Virus record (IMG/VR): IMGVR_UViG_3300028800_000062
Location: 1-64,000 of that record
DNA: 64,000 nt
Source of the DNA: a virus
Strand: one strand, 5' to 3'
Below the pieces are notes generated by a model. It did not search any database, was not told where the DNA came from, and was given only the letters and a program-made list of their open reading frames with translations. Below are positions 34,431 through 43,734 of the stretch, in pieces (the first letter of the stretch is position 1; each line of letters starts with the position of its first letter). Both the position numbers and the translations under genes were made by a program.

Positions 34431-35792
34431 ATGGGTAAAAAAGCAGTCAAGAAAACGCAAGATTGGGCCGTCCAGCTGGACAAAGATGACCTGATTAACT
34501 TAAACCTGCTCGATACGGTCTTCCGTACCAACGGATTCGATCCGGACGGCGAGCACATGATCATGAAGGACGCGATGGATGTTCCCAACGCCGCGTTCCT
34601 GATTCCGCGTGTGCTAACCCAATTCGTGCAGGAAGGTGTGGAACCCCTGCTAGTCGGTGCCAACCTGTTGCAGCGGATTGAGTACATCCCCGGTATGCAG
34701 ACGGTCTTCCCGGCCATCGATGTGTTGAACGCGCGAGAAGTGGGCGACGGCATGGGCCTCCCCATCTTCAACATCAACATCGGCGGCGGCCAGACTTACG
34801 GCGTGTCCGTCAAACGGCACGGCCTGATGCTGCGCATCGCGGAGCGCTTTGTTGACCAGAGTTCCTACCCGTGGCTCAACTGGTGGGTCAAGCTCGCTGG
34901 TCAAGCCCTGGCGCGCCACAAGGAAGAGTACATCTTCAACTGGATCACCTCTTTGGGCACGTTGGTCTTCGATAACTCCACCGCCGCCCGCACCACCAAC
35001 GGCGCCGGTCTGACCACCAGTGGCCAGGCGCAACCTATCAAGGGCGTCACCACCGGCCGCAACATCATGGGTGTTTTCAACGGCTCCATGACCATGGACG
35101 ACGTCTATGATCTGTACGCCACCACGCTGACTCAGGGCTTCATTCCCGACACCCTGTTAGTGCACCCAATGACCTATCTCATGTGGGTCAAGGACCCGGT
35201 TATGAGAGAATTTGCAATCCAAGCCGGCGGTGGAAACTTCTTCCAGGCCTTTACAGGCAACGCTGCGGCTAAGGCATTCGAAGGGCAGTACAACTTCTTC
35301 GGCCTCGGCCAGGGTCTTGGACAAACCGGTAAGTTCGAAAACGGTACGCAGCTCGGCACCGGGCAGACCGGGACCGCACAGGGACTGCCGCAAAACCAGA
35401 CCTCCGCTCCCACGCTGCTCAACTATTTGGGCCTCAACTTCACCATCCTGGTGTCGCCGTTTGTGCGCTTCGACCCGCTCGGCCGCAATACGGACATCAT
35501 GCTGTTTGACCGCCGCAACCTGGGCGCCCTGATCGTCGACGAAGATCCGCACGTCAACTCATTCAACGATCCGCACTACAACCTCCGCAACATCGGTGTG
35601 GAGGAGACGTACGGCTTCGGCATTTTGAATGAAGGACAGGCCATCACCGTAGCCAAGAACGTGGCCATCCGCCCGAACGAGTTTGTCCTGCCGGCCCGCG
35701 CCGTGATGAATATCAGCGAAGCAGGCAGCACGTTCCAACAGCTCAGCACCATCAACCAGTTCGGTACCAATCCGACCTCGGTATTGTCGTAA
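34431..35792 (+). CDS. Major capsid protein (HK97 fold)
   Basis: FLIPRVL, EVGDG, KRHG, ALARHKEE, PDTLLVHP..Y, E.YGFGILNEG; followed by a terminator. Confidence 0.92.
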   Translation: MGKKAVKKTQDWAVQLDKDDLINLNLLDTVFRTNGFDPDGEHMIMKDAMDVPNAAFLIPRVLTQFVQEGVEPLLVGANLLQRIEYIPGMQTVFPAIDVLNAREVGDGMGLPIFNINIGGGQTYGVSVKRHGLMLRIAERFVDQSSYPWLNWWVKLAGQALARHKEEYIFNWITSLGTLVFDNSTAARTTNGAGLTTSGQAQPIKGVTTGRNIMGVFNGSMTMDDVYDLYATTLTQGFIPDTLLVHPMTYLMWVKDPVMREFAIQAGGGNFFQAFTGNAAAKAFEGQYNFFGLGQGLGQTGKFENGTQLGTGQTGTAQGLPQNQTSAPTLLNYLGLNFTILVSPFVRFDPLGRNTDIMLFDRRNLGALIVDEDPHVNSFNDPHYNLRNIGVEETYGFGILNEGQAITVAKNVAIRPNEFVLPARAVMNISEAGSTFQQLSTINQFGTNPTSVLS

Positions 35793-35800
35793 TCCTACCA

Positions 35801-35842
35801 CGGAGGCGGCGGTTTAGCGACTGCCGCCTCCGGTTCACTTTT
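35801..35842 (+). terminator. Intrinsic terminator after MCP
   Basis: CGGAGGCGGCGGT/ACTGCCGCCTCCG stem followed by TTCACTTTT. Confidence 0.75.
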
Positions 35843-35853
35843 CGAATATCCAT

Positions 35854-36363
35854 ATGGCGAAGATCATTGAGTTTCCCCATCCCGCGGCGCCTGATTATAA
35901 CGGCCGCGTGGTCATGCTCGACCGTGCCAAGGCTAATCGCTTTCAGTGCCGTGGCTTGAATTTAGGCATGCGCAACCAGATGGCCGTCGTGCCGTCCGAC
36001 GCCTCTATGCCCATGATCCGGAAAGCCATCGAGGATGGCATCCTGATCGATCTCACGGAACACCCGGAGATCTGGGAACAGGCTAAAGCCAAAGAGTTGG
36101 CCGTCGACGAAAGCGATGTAGGCAAGAAGTCTTTCACTGCTACCCGCCAGTTCTTCCGGGATCTAGGTATTGATCCAGATCCTGAAGCCTCCGGCGATGA
36201 GATGGTCTGCTACTGCACGGCGGACGCCGATGAACAAAAGCGGATCGAACAAGCCATACCTAAGGCGCTGCAACCGGCGGTAGCCGGCCAGCCCGTCCAA
36301 CTACCCTCAGGTCTGTTTGTGCCACCGGGAATGGACAATCCGGATAAATACCTGCTGCGATGA
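35854..36363 (+). CDS. Hypothetical protein
   Basis: ORF after MCP. Confidence 0.7.
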   Translation: MAKIIEFPHPAAPDYNGRVVMLDRAKANRFQCRGLNLGMRNQMAVVPSDASMPMIRKAIEDGILIDLTEHPEIWEQAKAKELAVDESDVGKKSFTATRQFFRDLGIDPDPEASGDEMVCYCTADADEQKRIEQAIPKALQPAVAGQPVQLPSGLFVPPGMDNPDKYLLR

Positions 36364-37274
36364 GTGCCCCTCTCATTCAATCCACAGCGCCGGCGCCCGG
36401 CGAAACGGATGTGGTGCTCGGCCGCGCCATCATCATCCTGTTTGACCAACCCGTCAATCCTCAGTCCCTGAGCAGCGCTACGTTTTCTCTGCAGGGCCCT
36501 GGACAAACCGCTATTGTGGCCTCCGACGGCAGCATCATCTCGGACGTCACTGCGCCTACCGGGCGCGAATACATCACCGGAACCTTCACCTTCCCCGCCC
36601 CCGGACCTACGGATACTTTCCTCCAGAACCAGCAACTGATCTTCACTCCAGCGGCCACCCTGCGAGCCGGAGTCATTTACACGGTCCTGCTGGTGGGTGC
36701 GACCTCCGTCCTGGCGACCACTTACATCAAGAACCCGGCCGGCGAGGCCATGGCGGAAAGTTACAAGTTCACTTTCACTACCGGCACCATTAATGAGAGC
36801 GTCACTCCGCCTACGTCGCCGGTTGCTCAACTCAATCCCTGGGAACTTCCGGTTCTCGATCCATCCCAGATTCAAGTGTCTCCTAAGGCTGCGATCGGCA
36901 ACAACCTGAGTACGGTCACACTGACCTTCCCCGCCCCCATCGATCCGAATTCCTTCAGCCCCAGCGATCTACTGGTCGCACTCGAGCCGCTGCTGGGCGA
37001 TCCATCCATTATTGTCGATCCTGCAAGCGCTTCTATCAACATTGCCGGGAACACCATGACAATTACGATCAGTACGCCTGTGAATCCCCCAGTGAACACA
37101 TCCACTGGTCGGACTCCGGTATCGATCTACGGTATTCAGCCACCCACCACCGGCGACTGGCTGCAGGGAGATTCGGTTGTCAACACCATTCCTGTATCCG
37201 GCGGCAATATCGGCTGGATCTGCGTAGCCGGAGGTAACCCGGGCACTTGGGAACCTTACGGCATCATAGGGTGA
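36360..37274 (+). CDS. Ig-like (SbsA/Big_5-type) virion protein
   Basis: STAPAPGETDV...I.ILFDQPVNP...LIFTPAATL..G.IYTV...FTFTTG. Confidence 0.75.
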   Translation: MSAPLIQSTAPAPGETDVVLGRAIIILFDQPVNPQSLSSATFSLQGPGQTAIVASDGSIISDVTAPTGREYITGTFTFPAPGPTDTFLQNQQLIFTPAATLRAGVIYTVLLVGATSVLATTYIKNPAGEAMAESYKFTFTTGTINESVTPPTSPVAQLNPWELPVLDPSQIQVSPKAAIGNNLSTVTLTFPAPIDPNSFSPSDLLVALEPLLGDPSIIVDPASASINIAGNTMTITISTPVNPPVNTSTGRTPVSIYGIQPPTTGDWLQGDSVVNTIPVSGGNIGWICVAGGNPGTWEPYGIIG

Positions 37275-37279
37275 CTTTC

Positions 37280-40200
37280 ATGCGAATCTCCTTGGCCGCT
37301 TTAGTACTGATGCTCGCGAGTCTTCCCGGTCAAGCCCAGGTTCCCGCGGGCGGAGCTCTTACAGGCAACTTCCCTCGGCCGCACCTGGCCCCAGTGCAGA
37401 CGGATGTGCTTACTTTCCAGGGCAACCTGACATTTACCGGAAGCCTGGATGCCTCCGCGAGTCTGAATACCAAGCCAATCCAGATCGGCTCGGTGTTGCC
37501 GCCTACACCTTGCAGTCCCTGGTCCTGGTTTATTCTGACCACCGGCGTGCCAGGCCAGAACTTGTACGAATGCACTCTTAGCGGCACATGGCTCGAAGTA
37601 CTAGGTATCGGGGGTGGCAATGGTAATGTTCCGTTCGGCGGAACTGCTGCGCAGGTGCTGCGCGGCGACCTTACCTGGTTAACTCTAAACAGCGATGCCG
37701 TTCCGGAAGGAACGACAAACCTGTATTTCAGCCAGGCGCGCGCCATTGCCGCGTTATCCGGTTTGTATCAGGCTCCCATCTTAGGAGCTCCATCTACCTG
37801 GCCTACTTTGGCGACCGTCAGTTCCACGGGAAGTTACAACGACCTCTTGAACAAGCCGACGATCCCCGCCGGCCAGGTCAACGCCGACTGGAATGCAGTA
37901 TCAGGCCTGGCGGCAATTGCAAACAAGCCTACGGTTCCCGGTAACACTTCGCAGCTTCCGGAGAGCGGCAATCTTTACTTCACCAATGCCCGCGCGGTCG
38001 CAGCCATGAGTGGGCTCTATCAGACGCCTATCTCCAATGCGCCAGGTGTCTGGCCAAGTTTCGCCGCCGTGGCCATAAGCGGCGCATATTCCAGTCTGTC
38101 CGGACTGCCCACCATCCCGGCCGCACAGATCAATGCCGATTGGAATGCCAGTTCCGGCCTGTCTCAGATCCTCAACAAACCGACGATTCCCACTACCACC
38201 AGCCAGATCAGTGAAGGGACGAACCAATACTTCACTCCAGCCCGTGTTGTTTCGGCGATGGCCGGCTTGTATCAATCGCCTATCTCCGGTGCTCCAGGGA
38301 CCTGGCCTGGTTTCGCGGCCGTCGCCACAAGCGGAAGCTACGTGGACTTAAGCAATAAGCCCACAATCCCCGCAGCTCAGGTAAACAGCGATTGGAGCGC
38401 AGTCAGCGGGCTCGCGCAGATCCTGAATAAGCCGACGATCCCGACGAACACTTCACAGATCACCGAGAATGGCAACCTTTACTTCACCCCAGCGCGCGTA
38501 CTGTCTGCGATGTCTGGACTGTACCAGGCGCCCATTACCGGCGCTCCCGGGACGTGGCCAGGCTTCGCCGCGGTGGCAACGTCTGGCAGTTACGCCGACT
38601 TGTCGAACAAACCAACGCTGGTAACTCTCGGCGGATTCGCCAACCCAATGTCCGCGGCCGGCGACTTCATCGTAGGAGGCGCCGGAGGCGTACCGCAAAG
38701 ACTGGCCGCTCCGGCCAACGGTACCTACTGTCCGAACTGGTCTACCGGGGTAGTCACTTGGATCGCCTGCCCGGGAAGCGGCGGCGGAATATCTTCGATC
38801 ACAATGACCGTTCCCTCCGGATTTGGTATCGCCGGCTCGCCGCTGACTGCAAATGGCACGCTGGCCATTTCCTTGGCCTCTCAGTCCGGCAGCTATGCAC
38901 TCATAGCGCCGACCGCAGGTGGTGTTCCTACCTGGCGCGCACTCGTACCCGCAGATATACCGATGCTGAACCAGTCTACTTCTGGAAACGCGGCCACCGT
39001 CACCAACGGCCTATATTCCAACGGAACTTACAACGACCCGTTGTGGCTGACGCTGACCTGGGCCGGCGGAAGGATCACGGGCATCCCGTCCTTCGCAGCT
39101 GTGGCCACGACTGGCGCATATTCGAGCCTATCCGGTTTGCCTACGATCCCAGCCGCCCAGGTCAACTCTGACTGGAACGCAATTTCCGGACTGGCTCAGA
39201 TCCTGAATAAGCCGACGATCCCATCCAATACGTCACAGATCACCGAAAGCGGCAATCTATACTTCACCAATGCCCGCGTACTGACGGCCATGTCCGGCTT
39301 GTACCAAGCCCCGATCTCTGGAGCTCCCGGCACCTGGCCTAGCTTTGCGGCCGTGGCCACATCCGGTAGTTATGCGGATCTCAGCAGCAAACCTACCTTG
39401 ATATCGCTGGGCGGCTTCGCAGATCCGATGACCACAATCGGTGACTTCATCGTGGCCGGCGCGTCCGGCGTACCGCAACGCTTGGCGGCTCCTACAAATG
39501 GAACGTATTGTCCGAACTGGGCGACCGGCGTGGTGACCTGGACTTCCTGTCCAGCAGGCATTTCTTCAATTACGTTTACCGTTCCTTCAGGATTCAGCGC
39601 GTCCGGGTCTCCCCTGACCGCGAATGGCACACTGGGCTTTTCCCTTGCCAGCCAGGGCAACAGCTATGTGCTGATAGCTCCTACGGCGGGGGGTGTCCCT
39701 ACCTGGCGTGCTCTGGCACTCACCGACATTCCCACCACGCTGACGGGCATCACCTTGGATTCGGTAACGCCTACGACATTCGGTTACTTGGATGCCACCT
39801 CCAGCATTCAGACCCAACTGAACGGCAAACAGAACACCATCAGCGGCGCCCCGGGAACGTGGCCTACTCTCGGAACCGCCGCCGCACAGAACACGGGAAC
39901 ATCCGGAGCAACCCTTGGGTTACTGAACGGAACGTTGACCTTCTCGGGCGCGAATAATTACGGTACGCCGGCCAGTATCAACTTAGCGAATGCGACCTTC
40001 CCCACGCTCAACCAATCGACCAGCGGCAACGCCGCCACGGCTACCAGCATTGCCGCCGGGGCAGTGGGGGCTATCCCATATCAGTCCGCAGCAAGCACCA
40101 CGGTATTCCTGCCCGGCAATGTCGCCGCAACCGATCAGGTAATGGTGAGCCACGGCACCGGCGCCGCCGCGCAAGCCCCTACGCTCAGTAACGCTCCCGC

Positions 40201-40828
40201 CCTTTCTATTACCAGTATGACTGGCACGCTCCCCGCAGCACTCGAACCGGCCCATACAGGCGATATGCATAATACCGCGGGCAGCCTGGTGACTGTAGTA
40301 GCAGCCATTAACGGCGTCACGGTGTCGGGTAGCGCGACGGCCGGCAAGATTCTCAACGCCACAAGCGGCATCGCCGCGGCCTGGACGGCAACGCAGACGC
40401 TCGGGGCATCCGGCACTCTCGGTTCGCTGACGATGGGGAACGCCACCAGCGGTTTACTTACCTTGCAGCCTGTGACGGGGGCTCTCGGCACGGTCACGAT
40501 GTCGATCCCAGTGCCTGTTGGCGGATCTACCCTGACGCAGACCATTGCTAACGTCCAATTGGCGCTGCCTACCGTGGCGGTGGCCGGCAACGCGTGCAGC
40601 GCGAGTGCTACGACCGCTACGGCAACAGGTGCCGCCACTACTGATACCACAGCAATCACTTATGCCTCTGATCCAACCGCCGTGACTGGATACGGCGCAG
40701 GAACGAACGGTGGCATCACGATCCGGCCTTGGATCACAGCAAACACCATCAACGTGAAGTTGTGCAATGAGACGGGGACGAGTATTACACCAGGGCCTCT
40801 GACCATCAACCTGAGGGTCACACGATGA
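37280..40828 (+). CDS. Large repeat-rich fibre/adhesin with signal peptide
   Basis: MRISLAALVLMLASLPGQA/Q; five ~85-aa repeats (NLYFT.AR...GLYQ.PI.GAP..WP...SY.DL.NKPTIP). Confidence 0.75.
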   Translation: MRISLAALVLMLASLPGQAQVPAGGALTGNFPRPHLAPVQTDVLTFQGNLTFTGSLDASASLNTKPIQIGSVLPPTPCSPWSWFILTTGVPGQNLYECTLSGTWLEVLGIGGGNGNVPFGGTAAQVLRGDLTWLTLNSDAVPEGTTNLYFSQARAIAALSGLYQAPILGAPSTWPTLATVSSTGSYNDLLNKPTIPAGQVNADWNAVSGLAAIANKPTVPGNTSQLPESGNLYFTNARAVAAMSGLYQTPISNAPGVWPSFAAVAISGAYSSLSGLPTIPAAQINADWNASSGLSQILNKPTIPTTTSQISEGTNQYFTPARVVSAMAGLYQSPISGAPGTWPGFAAVATSGSYVDLSNKPTIPAAQVNSDWSAVSGLAQILNKPTIPTNTSQITENGNLYFTPARVLSAMSGLYQAPITGAPGTWPGFAAVATSGSYADLSNKPTLVTLGGFANPMSAAGDFIVGGAGGVPQRLAAPANGTYCPNWSTGVVTWIACPGSGGGISSITMTVPSGFGIAGSPLTANGTLAISLASQSGSYALIAPTAGGVPTWRALVPADIPMLNQSTSGNAATVTNGLYSNGTYNDPLWLTLTWAGGRITGIPSFAAVATTGAYSSLSGLPTIPAAQVNSDWNAISGLAQILNKPTIPSNTSQITESGNLYFTNARVLTAMSGLYQAPISGAPGTWPSFAAVATSGSYADLSSKPTLISLGGFADPMTTIGDFIVAGASGVPQRLAAPTNGTYCPNWATGVVTWTSCPAGISSITFTVPSGFSASGSPLTANGTLGFSLASQGNSYVLIAPTAGGVPTWRALALTDIPTTLTGITLDSVTPTTFGYLDATSSIQTQLNGKQNTISGAPGTWPTLGTAAAQNTGTSGATLGLLNGTLTFSGANNYGTPASINLANATFPTLNQSTSGNAATATSIAAGAVGAIPYQSAASTTVFLPGNVAATDQVMVSHGTGAAAQAPTLSNAPALSITSMTGTLPAALEPAHTGDMHNTAGSLVTVVAAINGVTVSGSATAGKILNATSGIAAAWTATQTLGASGTLGSLTMGNATSGLLTLQPVTGALGTVTMSIPVPVGGSTLTQTIANVQLALPTVAVAGNACSASATTATATGAATTDTTAITYASDPTAVTGYGAGTNGGITIRPWITANTINVKLCNETGTSITPGPLTINLRVTR

Positions 40829-42819
40829 CGCGGATGATTCTACTGTTCGCGTTGGCTGTGGGTCTGCAGGCTCAGCAGCTTCCCTTTGGAAGCTTCACAC
40901 ATGTCAGCTTGACGGGAGGGGGCGGCGGAAATAGCGCATCCTTGCAATACGCCTACCAGACTGCACAGTCGGGAGGCACTGCCTCATCTCCCGCCATGGC
41001 GTTCCCTGTTACTACGGGGCATACCTTCGTTGGGTTCGTGTGGTTCTACAACAACGTTACACTCTCAACCATCACTACTTCTAAGGGTGACACCTGCACA
41101 ACGGTTCCATCGAGTGCCATTAACACCAGCGTTTTCACCCAGGAGGTTTTCTATTGCCTGACTGTCGCCGGCGGTTCCGGGTACACGGCCACGGCCACGT
41201 TCAGTGGCTCAAGTAGTTACAGCGCCATCTACCTGGCGGAGTACGGTGGAATCACGGGTGTAGACGTTGCGGCGCACAACAATGGGCCCAATGGGGCAAC
41301 GATGGCCCTGGCTTCGGCACTGACGCCTACTGTTGCCGGCGATCTGGTATTTGCTGCAGGCATCATATACGGGAGTGGGAACAGCTATACCCCGGCTGCC
41401 AACTTTGCGTTGCATATGCCAACTTTTGGTGGCAGCGGGGGCGCCTCGGATTTCACAGGTATTGAAGATTCAATGCAGGGCTCAGCCTCTCCGGTAACGG
41501 CGTTATTCACTACGGATGGGACCGGAGAATGGGGAGCGTCGGTAGTCGCCTTTAAGACCCAAACCTGGACCAACGCCATCCCGTATATCAGCAGTTCTGT
41601 AGGGTACCTAAACTCGAATGCGCTCACATCTCATACCACGGGTACGGTCAACAACACAGGGGCGTCGGCCATGCTGGTGTTCATCGGGACGCACAACCCC
41701 TGGAACAGTCTAGCTGTATCGATCTCTGGGGTAACTGACACAGCCGGTAATACGTGGACGCCTCTTGCAGGTCCAACACTTTTCACCGGGGCAAGTTGGC
41801 CTCTCTTAGGTGCTATCTACTATTGCACCAGCCCGAAGACCGCGACCAACGATGCGGTGACCGTCTCTCTGACCAACCCAGCCCCTATGGTTTTGGATGT
41901 CTATGCCCTCACTGGAAGCTCCGGCCTCCCCGTGACCTCCACCATTAACAGCCCAGCAGCAGGAACCGGCTCTACATCTCCAACGGCCGGTCCTATAACC
42001 GTCCCCGCCAACACCCTACTGATAGCGTGGGAGAAGAACGAGACAGCCGTAACATCAGCGACCACCGGGGCCGGGTTCGAGAAACTGTGGGGAGATCAAA
42101 GCGGTTACTTGACGCCCGAGTTTGCTTTCACCGCGACCGGAGGGTCCTTTAGTTCGGCATTCAACTTGTCGGGTTCTACAGGGTGGCAATCAGCCATCGT
42201 TGGATTGTCAGCAAGTACTACGCTTCCCACCTTTGACAATTCGGTAGCAGCGACAGGTGTCAATGCCACCACCATATCGGCCACCTTCACGGTCGCGGCG
42301 AATGCTACTGTCTTGTGTGCAATCGGCAACAATGTCCACGAGGTGCCGTCTGGGGTGTCCGATGGGACCAACGCTTATATCCCCACGGATGACGAGAGCT
42401 TATCTGGCAGTGCCGGAACTCTAACCATCTGGATGTACAAGTACACCGGAGCTGGCGGGTCGAAGACCATAACCGCCACGTCCTCTGCCGGGACCACCGG
42501 AGCAGCAATGGCTTGTGAGTCGTGGACAAACCTCACAGGTGGATGGGATCAAACTGCGGATGGTAACTCCGGGGGCGCGGTAGGCCCAACTGGCACGACG
42601 GCACACGCTAACGAAGTCGTATTTACTGCCGCTGCGCAGACGAGTTCAAGCCCATATACCGCGTGCTCTCCTGGAGCGATCCGCGCCACCTCTACTTATG
42701 CCGCAGGGCCAATGACTGTCTCCATCTGCGACTTGGTAGTATCCACTATCGGAACTGAAAGTACCGTCTGGACGGCGGACCATTCAAACGCGGCGTACAT
42801 CCTGGAGACGTTCTTCTAA
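40825..42819 (+). CDS. Secreted-type beta-sandwich repeat protein (fibre/adhesin)
   Basis: MTRMILLFALAVGLQA/Q; three Thr/Ser/Gly-rich beta domains. Confidence 0.7.
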   Translation: MTRMILLFALAVGLQAQQLPFGSFTHVSLTGGGGGNSASLQYAYQTAQSGGTASSPAMAFPVTTGHTFVGFVWFYNNVTLSTITTSKGDTCTTVPSSAINTSVFTQEVFYCLTVAGGSGYTATATFSGSSSYSAIYLAEYGGITGVDVAAHNNGPNGATMALASALTPTVAGDLVFAAGIIYGSGNSYTPAANFALHMPTFGGSGGASDFTGIEDSMQGSASPVTALFTTDGTGEWGASVVAFKTQTWTNAIPYISSSVGYLNSNALTSHTTGTVNNTGASAMLVFIGTHNPWNSLAVSISGVTDTAGNTWTPLAGPTLFTGASWPLLGAIYYCTSPKTATNDAVTVSLTNPAPMVLDVYALTGSSGLPVTSTINSPAAGTGSTSPTAGPITVPANTLLIAWEKNETAVTSATTGAGFEKLWGDQSGYLTPEFAFTATGGSFSSAFNLSGSTGWQSAIVGLSASTTLPTFDNSVAATGVNATTISATFTVAANATVLCAIGNNVHEVPSGVSDGTNAYIPTDDESLSGSAGTLTIWMYKYTGAGGSKTITATSSAGTTGAAMACESWTNLTGGWDQTADGNSGGAVGPTGTTAHANEVVFTAAAQTSSSPYTACSPGAIRATSTYAAGPMTVSICDLVVSTIGTESTVWTADHSNAAYILETFF

Positions 42820-42865
42820 AGCTCATGCAACATAGTTTAGTTACCGAACAGGAAGAGGACACTTA

Positions 42866-43717
42866 ATGTATTATCCGGGGGATTTGATCCCATTCTTGCT
42901 TTCATTGACGCACGTCGACGGCAGCGCAGTTAATGTTACCACGCCGCCTCAGGTTTCTGTATTGAATACCTTCGACAACACGCCACAGGTGCTCGCGCCG
43001 GTCAACCAAACCAGTTTGGCGATGTCTCTGGTGCCAGGTACGGACGGATTATACAAACTGCTGTGGAATACAGCCGGAATTGTCAACGGAACTTACCTGG
43101 TTCTGGTGAGCTATGTAGCCGACGGCAGCACCATCACCGGACGTCTGCTCAGTCAAGTCCAACTGGGTGATACCCGCATTGCCGGCATCGTCGCGCAGGA
43201 TGCCACAGTAGCCAAGGATGTCACGGTGGCCAAAGACGCCACAGTGATGCATCTGGCCGACTTTGTGCAGCCTATCAACGATCCGGCGATCCAGGATATC
43301 CGCGGTCGGATTCAAGCCCTGCCTGTTTCCGGTGTGGCAGATGCCGCGACTCTCGCAGCTGTACAACAAGCCGTCAACGATTGCCACGATGCACAGCTGG
43401 GGTCCTGGACCGTGGACAAGACCGGCAACACCATGAGCCTGTACCGGCTCGACGGAACCCTGCTTCAGCAATTCTCGCTGTCCAACACTACCACGCTGGC
43501 CGCGCGTACAGCTCTGGTCATGGGACTGATCTCTTCTTCACCAGGCGGCCGCCTACCGGCCTCTGTGTATGGCACCGCGGCTCCCACGGCCGGCACCTGG
43601 ATCCAAGGCGACACGATCGTCAATCTGAATCCAGTGGCTGGCGGCTACGTGGGCTGGATTTGCGTGGTCGGCGGGACTCCAGGCACCTGGTCAACTTACG
43701 GAATCATCGGCAGTTAA
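42866..43717 (+). CDS. Virion-associated protein (fibre adaptor-like)
   Basis: VAKDATVAKD repeats; C-terminal module shared with 36360..37274. Confidence 0.65.
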   Translation: MYYPGDLIPFLLSLTHVDGSAVNVTTPPQVSVLNTFDNTPQVLAPVNQTSLAMSLVPGTDGLYKLLWNTAGIVNGTYLVLVSYVADGSTITGRLLSQVQLGDTRIAGIVAQDATVAKDVTVAKDATVMHLADFVQPINDPAIQDIRGRIQALPVSGVADAATLAAVQQAVNDCHDAQLGSWTVDKTGNTMSLYRLDGTLLQQFSLSNTTTLAARTALVMGLISSSPGGRLPASVYGTAAPTAGTWIQGDTIVNLNPVAGGYVGWICVVGGTPGTWSTYGIIGS

Positions 43718-43734
43718 GTTTTGTGGAGTAGAGT

